A stretch of 37,655 nucleotides of DNA from Frankiales bacterium (lineage in GTDB: Bacteria > Actinomycetota > Actinomycetes > Mycobacteriales > SCTD01). The translations under genes and the position numbers were made by a program. The stretch spans positions 1 through 37,655 of the forward strand of contig JAOPVD010000034.1 in NCBI GenBank assembly GCA_025966295.1, given 5' to 3'. Within the stretch, counting starts at the first letter, position 1, and every line of letters starts with the position of its first letter. Below are positions 7,873 to 16,085 of this stretch, in pieces. The notes below the pieces were generated by a model. That model did not search any database. It saw only the letters and a list, made by a program, of their open reading frames with translations, and was not told the origin of the DNA.

Positions 7873-8234
7873 CCGCGGCCCTCGACGTCGACGGCGCCGC
7901 TGCGCCGCCCCGGCAGAACGGCGAGCTGGTCTTCGCCGAGCCCTGGGAGGGCCGCGCGTTCGGCCTCGCCATGGCGCTCACCGACGCGGGCGTCATCTCC
8001 TACGACGTGTTCCGCGACGCTTTGATCGCGAAGATCGCCGCCTGGGAGTCCGCCCCGCCCGCGGGCGAGTGCTACTCCTACTACCGCTGCTGGCTGCAGG
8101 CGCTCGAGCAGGTGCTCGCCGACGCCCAGCTCGTGGCTCCGGACGACGTCGCCGCGCGCGCCGCTCTGTTCGCCGTCCGCCCGGCAGGGCACGATCATGA
8201 CCATGACCACGACCACGAGCACCACCACGACTGA
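7869..8234 (+). CDS. Nitrile hydratase accessory/activator protein with His-Asp-rich tail
   Basis: GTGA overlap; [22 protein letters not shown]...[10 protein letters not shown] (beta-like P14K/NhhG-type), ending [15 protein letters not shown]. Confidence 0.9.
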   Translation: MTAALDVDGAAAPPRQNGELVFAEPWEGRAFGLAMALTDAGVISYDVFRDALIAKIAAWESAPPAGECYSYYRCWLQALEQVLADAQLVAPDDVAARAALFAVRPAGHDHDHDHDHEHHHD

Positions 8235-8628
8235 GCGGGGCGGCACCAACTCGGCCGTCGCGACCTGGGCGGGCGGATGGCGCTGCGACGTCGAGGCGGG
8301 CGGCTTCTCGCTCGTGGTCGACGAGCCGGTCGACGTCGGCGGTACCGGGCTGGGCCCGATGCCGACCGACCTGCTGCTGGCGTCGATGTCGTCCTGCTAC
8401 GCGCTCGCGCTGGCCTGGGCGGCGAGCAAGCGCGGTGTCGTGCTGCCGGACCTCCAGGTGACGGCGACCGGTACCTACAACGGTCAGAAGTTCGCGGCGC
8501 TGCTGCTCACCGTGACCACGTCGCTGCCGGCGCAGGAGCTGGCGCCGCTGCTCGAACCCGCCAAGCGGGTCTGCTACGTCTCCAACACCTTCGCGCACGC
8601 GCCGGTCATCGAGGTGGAGGTGGCATGA
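8197..8628 (+). CDS. OsmC-family protein
   Basis: VDEPVDVGGTGLGPMPTDLLLASMSSC...AKRVCYVSNT with both conserved Cys; start is 8197 or 8203. Confidence 0.85.
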   Translation: MTMTTTTSTTTTERGGTNSAVATWAGGWRCDVEAGGFSLVVDEPVDVGGTGLGPMPTDLLLASMSSCYALALAWAASKRGVVLPDLQVTATGTYNGQKFAALLLTVTTSLPAQELAPLLEPAKRVCYVSNTFAHAPVIEVEVA

Positions 8629-9179
8629 GCCCGCGCCCGGCCCACGACCACGTGCACGACCCGGCGTGCGCGGCCGCGCACGGCGACGCGGTGCCGCCCA
8701 AGGACACCCGCCGCCTCGTGCTGGTCTTCGTCTCGCCGGTGGCGCAGGAGCTCGCCGCGCTGGCCGACCGGCTGGGCTGGCCGGTCACGGTCGTGGATCC
8801 CGACTCGGCGCTGGTCGACATCGATCCCATCCCCTACGCCCGGACCGTGACGACGGTCGCTGCCGCGCGGCTCGACGACGGCTGCGACGTGGTGCTCTGC
8901 GACCACGGCCGGCCGGAGCTCGGTGACGTGCTCGCCGCGGTGCTGGCGCAGCCGGCGCGCTGGGTGGGGGTCATGGGCAGCCTGCGGCACACCGCCCCGC
9001 ACATCGCGGCGCTGCGCAGCCGGGGCGTGGCCGAGGACGACATCGCCCGGGTCCATCGGCCCATCGGCCTCGACATCGGCTCGCACACCCCGCCGGAGAT
9101 CGCGATCGCCACGGTGGCCGGGCTTCTCGCCGACCGCAACGGCCGCCCCGGCGGTCCGTTCGCCGACACCAGCAGCTGA
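8625..9179 (+). CDS. Stand-alone XdhC/CoxI Rossmann-domain protein
   Basis: ATGA overlap; WVGVMGSLRH and RVHRPIGLDIGSHTPPEIAIA are XdhC C-terminal motifs; no N-terminal XdhC/CoxI domain. Confidence 0.85.
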   Translation: MSPRPAHDHVHDPACAAAHGDAVPPKDTRRLVLVFVSPVAQELAALADRLGWPVTVVDPDSALVDIDPIPYARTVTTVAAARLDDGCDVVLCDHGRPELGDVLAAVLAQPARWVGVMGSLRHTAPHIAALRSRGVAEDDIARVHRPIGLDIGSHTPPEIAIATVAGLLADRNGRPGGPFADTSS

Positions 9180-9224
9180 TCGTGCGCCCGCCCGCGCCAG
9201 CGTTGGCCTAGCCGGGAGAAGGCC

Positions 9225-10637
9225 TCAGCGTCCCCGTGCCAGGCGCGCGTCGAGGTCGAGCAGCGCATCCCGGAAGCAGGCCAGCGGCGCCGCGGCGACC
9301 CCCGCCCCGACCTGCCCGGTGCCCTGGCGGTTGTCCAGGATCCCGGTGGTCACCTTGGGCGTGATGCCGTGCTCCACGACCCGTCGTACGTCGACGGCGA
9401 GGGGCGTGCCGCGGCCGCCCAGGGTCGGCAGGGTGAAACGGCTCGAGCGCCCGACGCAGATCCGCTCGAGCTCGGCCGTCAGCTCGCCCGCAGCGGCAAG
9501 GCCTCCCACCAGCTGACCGACGGCGGGCGAGCCTGCGGCGGCGGCGCCGCCCAGGCCGATGAGCTCCAGGACCGCGCTGTCGCCGATGTCCGGAGCGGCG
9601 TCGTCGTCGCCCCTGCCGGGGTGGTACAGCGCGTTGCCGACCATGGGCGCGGGGGCGAGGAACCACTCGTCGTTCCCGGACAGCCTGGTGCCGAACTCCG
9701 TGCCGTTGCGGGCCATGGTCGTGACCACCGAGGAGCCCTCGACCTGCCCGGCCCAGCCCGTCAGAGCGCGGGCCGCGGCCATCGCCAGGGTCAGGAACAA
9801 CAGGTGGTTGCTCGACAGGTAGCGACCGACCTCGACCCGGCGTGGGTCGGCACTGGCCATCAAGGAGGGCAGCAGGTGCTTGATCAGCAGGTTGGTGGAG
9901 GCCTGGGTGCGGACGTGGACGTCGTCGCCCATGGCCACGCCCTGGGCGGCGAACGCCAGGACCTCCACCGGTCCGCTGTGGCGCAGCGTCTCGGCGAGCA
10001 GCGGGGCGACGGCCTCGCGCAGCAGGACCAGCCGGTCGATCGCCCCCGGGGTGTCACGGCCGAACCACGCGACGTCCCCGGAGCCCTGCCCCAGCGGCGC
10101 CCAGGACGCCACCCCGCCGGCGGCGAGCTCGACGACCCACACCGGCGTCGTCGGGCCCATCACGGTGGCCATCGGGACGACACCGCCCGACTCGTTGGCG
10201 GGCCGCAGCGCGACGGAACCGCTCGCCAGCAGGGCATCTGCGGCCTCGACGTCGGCTGCCCAGCCCTCGGCCACGACCGCCGCGCGCATCGAGCGGCGCA
10301 GCGGGTCACCCGCGTCGGCCAGCTCCATCGCCGGACCCGCGTGCAGCAGCACCCGACCCTGCAGGCCGGGCACGACCTCGGACGCCGGGCGCACATCGGT
10401 GAGAGTCGGGACGCCGGTGTCCAGCCGGCGCAGGACCTCCGCGTTGGCCTCGTCAATGGGCCCGGTCAGCGGGCCCGAGAGCCGGCGCAGCGCGTCCAGG
10501 GCGACGGGGTCGCCGCCGGCGGGGATACGCCAGTCCACCTGGACGACCGGTCGTCCCTGGGCCGCGACGGCGTCCGCGAACAGCGGCAGCCCGACGTTGA
10601 CGACGGACACCTCGTCCGGAAGGGCAATGGGGTTCAT
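9225..10637 (-). CDS. DUF1116 family protein (YahG/YlbE-AllG-like)
   Basis: VVNVGLPLFA...VDWRIPAGGD N-terminus (YahG architecture), LLHAGP, AMGDD, TTMARNGTEFG, PDIGDSAVLE, GQVGAG. Confidence 0.88.
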   Translation of the reverse strand: MNPIALPDEVSVVNVGLPLFADAVAAQGRPVVQVDWRIPAGGDPVALDALRRLSGPLTGPIDEANAEVLRRLDTGVPTLTDVRPASEVVPGLQGRVLLHAGPAMELADAGDPLRRSMRAAVVAEGWAADVEAADALLASGSVALRPANESGGVVPMATVMGPTTPVWVVELAAGGVASWAPLGQGSGDVAWFGRDTPGAIDRLVLLREAVAPLLAETLRHSGPVEVLAFAAQGVAMGDDVHVRTQASTNLLIKHLLPSLMASADPRRVEVGRYLSSNHLLFLTLAMAAARALTGWAGQVEGSSVVTTMARNGTEFGTRLSGNDEWFLAPAPMVGNALYHPGRGDDDAAPDIGDSAVLELIGLGGAAAAGSPAVGQLVGGLAAAGELTAELERICVGRSSRFTLPTLGGRGTPLAVDVRRVVEHGITPKVTTGILDNRQGTGQVGAGVAAAPLACFRDALLDLDARLARGR

Positions 10638-12148
10638 GCCGTGATCTCCTGTCCCTGTCCGGCGGCCAGTGCACGGGCGGTCGAGAGCAGGTCACGCTCG
10701 GCGGCGTGGAACCCTTCTCGGCGTCCTTGCGCCAACGCACGCAGCTGCTGCGCTTGGTCGCGGCAGTCCTGCGCCATCTGCTCCACCACGGGCGGGGCGG
10801 CCCCACCCGTGGCGGTGCGGGTCTCGACGATGTGTCGCGGGTCGAGCACGTCGGTGAGGTCTGTTCCGGTCAGCCCGACTGACCGGCCGGCCTGCTCCAG
10901 CGCGGCCTCGTCGAGCATCGCGCCGTCGATGTCGATCCCGCGCAGCCCGGCGGCGTTCGCCTTGCGCACGGCGACACCGACGACCTGGTAGGCGGTGCGG
11001 TAGTCCAGGTCGCACGTCTGCATCACGTACTCCGCCAGGTCCGTGGCCTGGCAGAAGCCGTTCTCGAGCGCTGACCACATCCGCGCGGTGTTGACCTGCA
11101 GCGTGCGGATCACGCCGTCGGTCAACCGGGTGGTGCGGAGCGCCAGGTCGAGGGCGCGCGGGACCTCGCCGTACGCGTAGATGAGGTTGTCGCTGCGCGC
11201 CGACGGGCTCTTGATGACGGCGAGGAAGCCGCTCAACCGGCCGATGAGAGTGCCCGAGGCGCCGCGGATGATCGACAGCGCGTAGGGGTTGCGCTTCTGC
11301 GGCATCAGGACGCTGGACCGGCTGAACCCGTCGGCGACCGTGACGTAGTCGAACTCGCTGCTGGCCCAGATCTCCAGGTCCTCCGCCAGCTTGCTCTGCG
11401 TCCCGACGAGCGAGGCAGCCGCGGCCAGGACGTCGACCAGGCCATCGGTCTGCCACATCGCGTCGCGGGTGTGCTCGATGACGCCGTCGAAGCCCAGCAT
11501 GCTCGCGACCGGCCGGCGGTCGTCGAGCAGGCGGCTGCCGTTGACGCACCCGGCTCCACCGGGGCTGGTGTTGGTCCAGGCCAGGGCATCGACGAGCCGG
11601 CGGGTGTCACGCAGCACGGGATAGGCGAACGACAGCAGGTAGTGGCCGTACGTCGACGGCTGCGCGTGCTGCAGGTAGGTCTGGTCGGGCAACCAGCTGC
11701 GGCTGTGCTCGGCGGCGCTGAGGGCGAGGGTGTCCGCGAGCTGGGCCGCGCGGTCGACCAGCTCGGTGATCTGCCCCCGCAGGTGCAGGCGCAGCGCGAT
11801 GCGGACCGCCTCGCGCCGGGGCCGGCCGGCATGCAACCACCCGGCGTCGTCCCCGATCTGCTCGGTGAAGAAGCGCTCCCGGCTGTTGTACGGCTCCCCG
11901 TAGGCAGGGTCGTAGGGGAAGTCCTCGGGCGCGGTTCCGTGCGTCTCGAGCAGCAGGGCCAGGAGGCGCCGCGCCGGCTCGACGGGAATCACGCCGCGTC
12001 CGCGCAGGTCGAGCACGTGCGCGAGGTCGGCGAGGTTCAAGCCGGCGTGCAGCAGCGGCGCGTCGGCGTTCTCGAGGTGGAACCCCGACTCGACGAGCTC
12101 AGGGGCGGGCCCGTCGAGCGGCGGGCCGAGCCGGTGTCCGGCGGTCAT
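10634..12148 (-). CDS. Argininosuccinate-lyase-like enzyme (aspartase/fumarase superfamily), XcbC-like candidate
   Basis: LHAGRPRRE, QTYLQHAQP, SKLAEDL, SSVLMPQKRNPY, ATDLAEY, YRTAYQVVG; ArgH fold with non-canonical catalytic residues. Confidence 0.85.
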   Translation of the reverse strand: MTAGHRLGPPLDGPAPELVESGFHLENADAPLLHAGLNLADLAHVLDLRGRGVIPVEPARRLLALLLETHGTAPEDFPYDPAYGEPYNSRERFFTEQIGDDAGWLHAGRPRREAVRIALRLHLRGQITELVDRAAQLADTLALSAAEHSRSWLPDQTYLQHAQPSTYGHYLLSFAYPVLRDTRRLVDALAWTNTSPGGAGCVNGSRLLDDRRPVASMLGFDGVIEHTRDAMWQTDGLVDVLAAAASLVGTQSKLAEDLEIWASSEFDYVTVADGFSRSSVLMPQKRNPYALSIIRGASGTLIGRLSGFLAVIKSPSARSDNLIYAYGEVPRALDLALRTTRLTDGVIRTLQVNTARMWSALENGFCQATDLAEYVMQTCDLDYRTAYQVVGVAVRKANAAGLRGIDIDGAMLDEAALEQAGRSVGLTGTDLTDVLDPRHIVETRTATGGAAPPVVEQMAQDCRDQAQQLRALAQGRREGFHAAERDLLSTARALAAGQGQEITA

Positions 12149-13074
12149 CTGTCTTCTCCCATGAATCCGGCGACCGCGTCGAGCAGGCCACCTGTGTGCC
12201 AGAACAGCGCTGCCTGGTCGCCGACGGCGGCCGGCAGCACGGCGAGTGCCTTCGCCGTGTACACGGGGTCGAGGACGAGTCCCTCCGCCCGCAGGGCCAG
12301 GCACGCGGCGGCGTCACCGGCGGCCGAGGCCAGGCCGTGCCCGGGGCCGCGGGCGTCGACCAGCTCGACGTCGTCGGCCCGAGGGGCCGGCTCGCCGCGC
12401 AGGGCCGCCACCTGCCGGGCGAGGTCGAGCACCTGCACGTCCTCCACGGGTCGGCTCACCGAGGCGCCGACGATCCGGAGCGGACGGCCGTGGGCGACGT
12501 TGCCGGCGATGAGCCCGGCGAGGGTCCCGCCGGCACCGCAGGCGATCACGACCACCGGCCGGCGTCCCTGGAGCTGCTCGAGCAGCTCGTCGACGGCGAC
12601 GCGGTAGGCGTCCGCGCCCGTCGCGCTGGCTCCGCCCCTGGGCACGACGTACGGCGAGAAGCCCTGTTCCCTGAGGGCGGCGGCCGTGACGGGCAGCTGG
12701 GCGTCGACGCTGGCGCGGTCGGCGTCACCGGTGAAGCGGACCTCGGCGCCCCACGCCGCGGCCGCCGCGAGGTTGGGGTGGGAGGTGAGCGGCACCGGGT
12801 CGCCGGCCAGCACCAGGACGCAGCGCAGGCCGCCCCAGGCGGCGGCGGCCGAGGCGGCCTGGACGAAGTTGGACCCCGGCGTGCCACCGGTGACCAGGAC
12901 GTCGGCGTGCTGGGCCTGGGCGTCGGCGACGATCGGCGCCAGCTGCCTGGCCTTGTTGCCGGCGACGGCGAAGCCGGTGAGGTCGTCACGCTTGACGAGC
13001 AGCGACGTGACCCCCAGGGCTGCGGCCAGCCGAGGGGCCTGGACGAGCGGGGTCGGGAGCAGGGCCAGGGTCAC
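12145..13074 (-). CDS. PLP-dependent D-cysteine desulfhydrase/ACC deaminase family enzyme, XcbE-like candidate
   Basis: PTPL, VKRDDLTG, GNKARQL (PLP Lys), VPRGGAS, GAGGTLAG, EGLVLDPVYTAKA, FWHTGG. GTG at 13074 overlaps the upstream stop. Confidence 0.9.
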   Translation of the reverse strand: MTLALLPTPLVQAPRLAAALGVTSLLVKRDDLTGFAVAGNKARQLAPIVADAQAQHADVLVTGGTPGSNFVQAASAAAAWGGLRCVLVLAGDPVPLTSHPNLAAAAAWGAEVRFTGDADRASVDAQLPVTAAALREQGFSPYVVPRGGASATGADAYRVAVDELLEQLQGRRPVVVIACGAGGTLAGLIAGNVAHGRPLRIVGASVSRPVEDVQVLDLARQVAALRGEPAPRADDVELVDARGPGHGLASAAGDAAACLALRAEGLVLDPVYTAKALAVLPAAVGDQAALFWHTGGLLDAVAGFMGEDR

Positions 13075-14402
13075 GGCCACTGCTCTGGCTCGTCGGCGCG
13101 CGCCTTGCGGGCGCGCAGGACGACGTGGTCGACCATCTCGCCGGCCGAGCCGGCCGCCGGGTGCAGCGCCGCGATCTCCTGCGGCGTCAGCAGGTCCGCC
13201 ACCACCGCCGTGAGGGACCGTCCGGTGGAGAGGGCCTGCTGCAGCGTGTCCTGGGCCTGGTGCTTGCCGAGCCGGGTGGTGAGCACGGCCAGGACCTGCT
13301 CGCTGCCGGTGGCGTCGCCGAGGTTGCGGCGCATGGCCTCGGTGTCGACCTCCAGGCCCTCGACGAGCTCGACGGCGAGGGACGTGGCTGTCGCGGTCAG
13401 CAGGCACACCTCCGGCAGCGCCACCCACTCGGCCTTCCAGCTGCGGCCGTCGCGCTCGTGCCCGCCCACCATGCCCTCGAGCAGCACCGCGGCCTGGGCG
13501 CGGGTCAGGCGGGCCAGGGTGTCGAGGTGCTCGCTGCGCTCGGGGTTGACCTTGTGCGGCATGGTGATGCTGCCGACGACACCGGGGCGCGGCGTCTCGC
13601 GCAGCTCGCCGATCTCCGGGCGCTGCAGCTCGTAGACCTCGCCCCCGAGGCGCGCCAGCGTGCCGGTGACCATCGTCAGTACGGCGCCGACCTCGGCGAT
13701 CCGGTCACGTGCGGTGAGCCAGGAGATCCCCGGGTCGGCAAGGCCCAGCTCGGCGCAGAGCCGCTGGCGCACGGCTGGGCCGGCGGGCCCGAGCGCGGCC
13801 AACGTGCCGACACCGCCGCCGAGCTGACCCACCAGCCAACGGGGTGCGCCCTCGTGCAGGCGGTCGAGGTGACGGCGCACCTCGTCGGCCCAGGAGGCGG
13901 CTTTGAGGCCGAAGGTGACGGGTGCCCCGGGCTGCCCGTGGGTGCGGCCGGGGCCCAGGGTGTCCCTGTGCAGCTCGGCCAGCTCCAGCAGCAGCTCCTC
14001 CAGCCGCCGCAGGTCCCGGCGCACCTCGCGCAGCACGGCCCGCAGGGCGAGAGAGGTCCACGTGTCGGTCAGGTCCTGCACGGTGGCGCCGACGTAGACG
14101 TACGGGTGCACGTCGTCGTCGAGCACCTGCCGGAGGGCCCGGATCAGCCCGAGGGTCGAGTGGCCGCTGGCGCGGGTCTCGGCCGCGACCAGGTCCAGGT
14201 CGAGCAGGTCGACCGACGCGCGCTCGGTGATCTGGTCCGCGGCCGCAGCGGGCACCAGACCCTCCAGGGCCTGCGCCCTGGCGAGCGCCGCGAGGACCTC
14301 GAGCCAGCCCTGCAGCCGGCCGCTCTCGCAGAAGACGGCGCGCACGGCAGGGGTGCCCCAGAGGTGGCCGTACATCCCGGACTCGGTGATGCGGGCACTC
14401 AC
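13071..14402 (-). CDS. Adenylosuccinate-lyase-like enzyme (aspartase/fumarase superfamily), XcbD-like candidate
   Basis: YVGATVQDLTDT, GRTHGQPGAPVTFGLK, GGGVGT, RDRIAE, GSITMPHKVNPE, HERDGRSWKAEW. Confidence 0.87.
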   Translation of the reverse strand: MSARITESGMYGHLWGTPAVRAVFCESGRLQGWLEVLAALARAQALEGLVPAAAADQITERASVDLLDLDLVAAETRASGHSTLGLIRALRQVLDDDVHPYVYVGATVQDLTDTWTSLALRAVLREVRRDLRRLEELLLELAELHRDTLGPGRTHGQPGAPVTFGLKAASWADEVRRHLDRLHEGAPRWLVGQLGGGVGTLAALGPAGPAVRQRLCAELGLADPGISWLTARDRIAEVGAVLTMVTGTLARLGGEVYELQRPEIGELRETPRPGVVGSITMPHKVNPERSEHLDTLARLTRAQAAVLLEGMVGGHERDGRSWKAEWVALPEVCLLTATATSLAVELVEGLEVDTEAMRRNLGDATGSEQVLAVLTTRLGKHQAQDTLQQALSTGRSLTAVVADLLTPQEIAALHPAAGSAGEMVDHVVLRARKARADEPEQWP

Positions 14403-15271
14403 GGCTGGGCCAGCTGCACGGCGCTGTCGAGGGCCTCCCGCAGGTGCCCGAAGGACGCGCCCCACGGCACGACGACGACCTGGCCGTCGGTCTCGACGTG
14501 CTCCTCGAGCAGACAGCACTTGGTCAGCAGCACCTCTCCGGGTGCGAGGTCGACGGCCTTTGCCAGCACCCGCGGGCAGGTGTCTACCTGGCGCACGTCG
14601 TCGTCGTAGAGGAAGTCGTGGATCGCGCGTGACCGGGCGCAGCCCAGCAGCGTCCAGTCCTGCCGGGGCGGCACCTCGTCGAGGTAGTGGACCGTGGTAC
14701 CGGGCACCTCCATGCCGCCGCCGCGGCAGGGCAGCAGGTAGTGGCCCGAGGCACCGGCGGGCACGAGGTCACCGAGCTCGACGACCTCCGGCACGGGGAG
14801 GACCCCTGGCAGCTCCTCGGCGGTGGCGAGCACCCGCTGGACCTGGTCGAGCAGCTTGGCCGGGTGTGGCGGTGCCACGTCGAGCACGTGCAGGCGCACC
14901 GGCGCGCTGTCGAGCACGAAGCTGATGTGGCCGTAGCGGCCCTCGAGGACCACGCAGCGCACGCCGGGCCGCATCGACGCGGCGCGGGCCAGGTCGCTCG
15001 GGATGCCGGGATCCAGGGCGTCGTCCACGACCCAGGCGGTCTCGTCGGGACCGGCCAGCAGCCGCACGTCGAGCACGTCCCAGAACAGCGAGTCCGACGC
15101 GCGCTTGTCGACCTCGACCAGGGCGGTCTCCCCGGCGTGACGGAGGACGAGGTACCGGGTGCGGCGGTAGACCGGCCGCGACATCAGCAGCTCGCGCAGC
15201 GCCGCGGCCGTCAGGGGGACATCGACGTCGGTGACCGAGACCTCGCGGTAGCGGTCGGGGATCGTGGTCAC
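14399..15271 (-). CDS. Hypothetical Cys-rich protein inside the comA operon
   Basis: 4-nt overlaps at both ends; motifs EGRYGHISF, LLPCRGGG, LLGCARSRAIH, DTCPR, TKCCLLE, VPWGA. No family recognised with certainty. Confidence 0.8.
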   Translation of the reverse strand: MTTIPDRYREVSVTDVDVPLTAAALRELLMSRPVYRRTRYLVLRHAGETALVEVDKRASDSLFWDVLDVRLLAGPDETAWVVDDALDPGIPSDLARAASMRPGVRCVVLEGRYGHISFVLDSAPVRLHVLDVAPPHPAKLLDQVQRVLATAEELPGVLPVPEVVELGDLVPAGASGHYLLPCRGGGMEVPGTTVHYLDEVPPRQDWTLLGCARSRAIHDFLYDDDVRQVDTCPRVLAKAVDLAPGEVLLTKCCLLEEHVETDGQVVVVPWGASFGHLREALDSAVQLAQP

Positions 15272-16029
15272 CGAGCGCGCACCCGGCTGTCGAAGGTGTC
15301 GGCCCGCAGACCCACCCGGAGGGCCTCGAGGCCGAGAGCGTCGGACGGTGCGACGTTGGCGAGGTTGACGTCCGGGCCGAAGCGGCGGATCAGCCAGGCC
15401 TGCTGCTCCTTCAAAGGTGCCTCGAACACCGTCGTGTCGAGCCCGACGGCGTCGACGACGGCGTCGACCACGTCGGACCGCACCTCCCCCGTCGGGTCGA
15501 ACAGCCCCACGGTGCCGCTCTCCCTGCCCTCGGTGACGATCCAGGTGGCGCCGGCCTCGAGGTCGGCCGTCGCGTCGGCCGCCCACGCCGACGGCGAGAC
15601 CGTGGCGTCGGCGTCCTTGACGCCGATCTCGGCGAGCACGATGAAGCGCTCCGCGGCGAGCTCGACCAGCTCGCGCTTGTCCGTGACCGACATGGCGGCG
15701 ACGCCGCAGGAGACCTCGACGCAGGGAAAGCCGAGCTCGCCCGCCCAGTCGAGGTAGGGCTCGACCGCGCCCTGCTGCCACGCGACCTCGAGCAGCGTGC
15801 CCCCGAGGCAGGCCAGCACTCCGTGACCGTCGAGCACCGCCAGCTTCTCGGCCAGCCCGGGGTCGAGGTAGGCCGTGCCCCAGCCGAGCTTCCACACGTC
15901 GACGTAGTCGCCGCAGACCCCGAGAAGGGGGGCCACCTCGGCGACGGGCATGCCCTTGTCGAGCACGTGGGTGATACCGCGGCGACGAGGCTTCGCCGTC
16001 CGCGCGGGCAGGGTCAGGAAACTCGGCAT
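15268..16029 (-). CDS. comA: (2R)-phospho-3-sulfolactate synthase (ComA/XcbB-like)
   Basis: KPRRRGITHVLDKG, YVDVWKLGWGT, GGTLLE, VEVSCG, EIGVKD, EGRESG, FEAPLKEQQ, FGPDVNLANV, LEALRVGLRADT. Start is 16029 or 16041. Confidence 0.93.
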   Translation of the reverse strand: MPSFLTLPARTAKPRRRGITHVLDKGMPVAEVAPLLGVCGDYVDVWKLGWGTAYLDPGLAEKLAVLDGHGVLACLGGTLLEVAWQQGAVEPYLDWAGELGFPCVEVSCGVAAMSVTDKRELVELAAERFIVLAEIGVKDADATVSPSAWAADATADLEAGATWIVTEGRESGTVGLFDPTGEVRSDVVDAVVDAVGLDTTVFEAPLKEQQAWLIRRFGPDVNLANVAPSDALGLEALRVGLRADTFDSRVRAR

Positions 16030-16032
16030 GGC

Positions 16033-16048
16033 GTTCACCATGGTAGAC
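16033..16048. promoter_or_regulatory. Operator candidate between divergent comA and AIR-synthase-like genes
   Basis: GTTCAC-CATG-GTAGAC; contains a TACCAT -10-like hexamer on the minus strand. Confidence 0.55.
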
Positions 16049-16085
16049 AACCGGCTCCCCGCCGACGCCGCTTCAGGAGGCTCCC

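Noticed and set aside
10634-14402. Housekeeping argH and purB
   Set aside because: Catalytic motifs are altered and no arg or pur genes are adjacent; context is comA.
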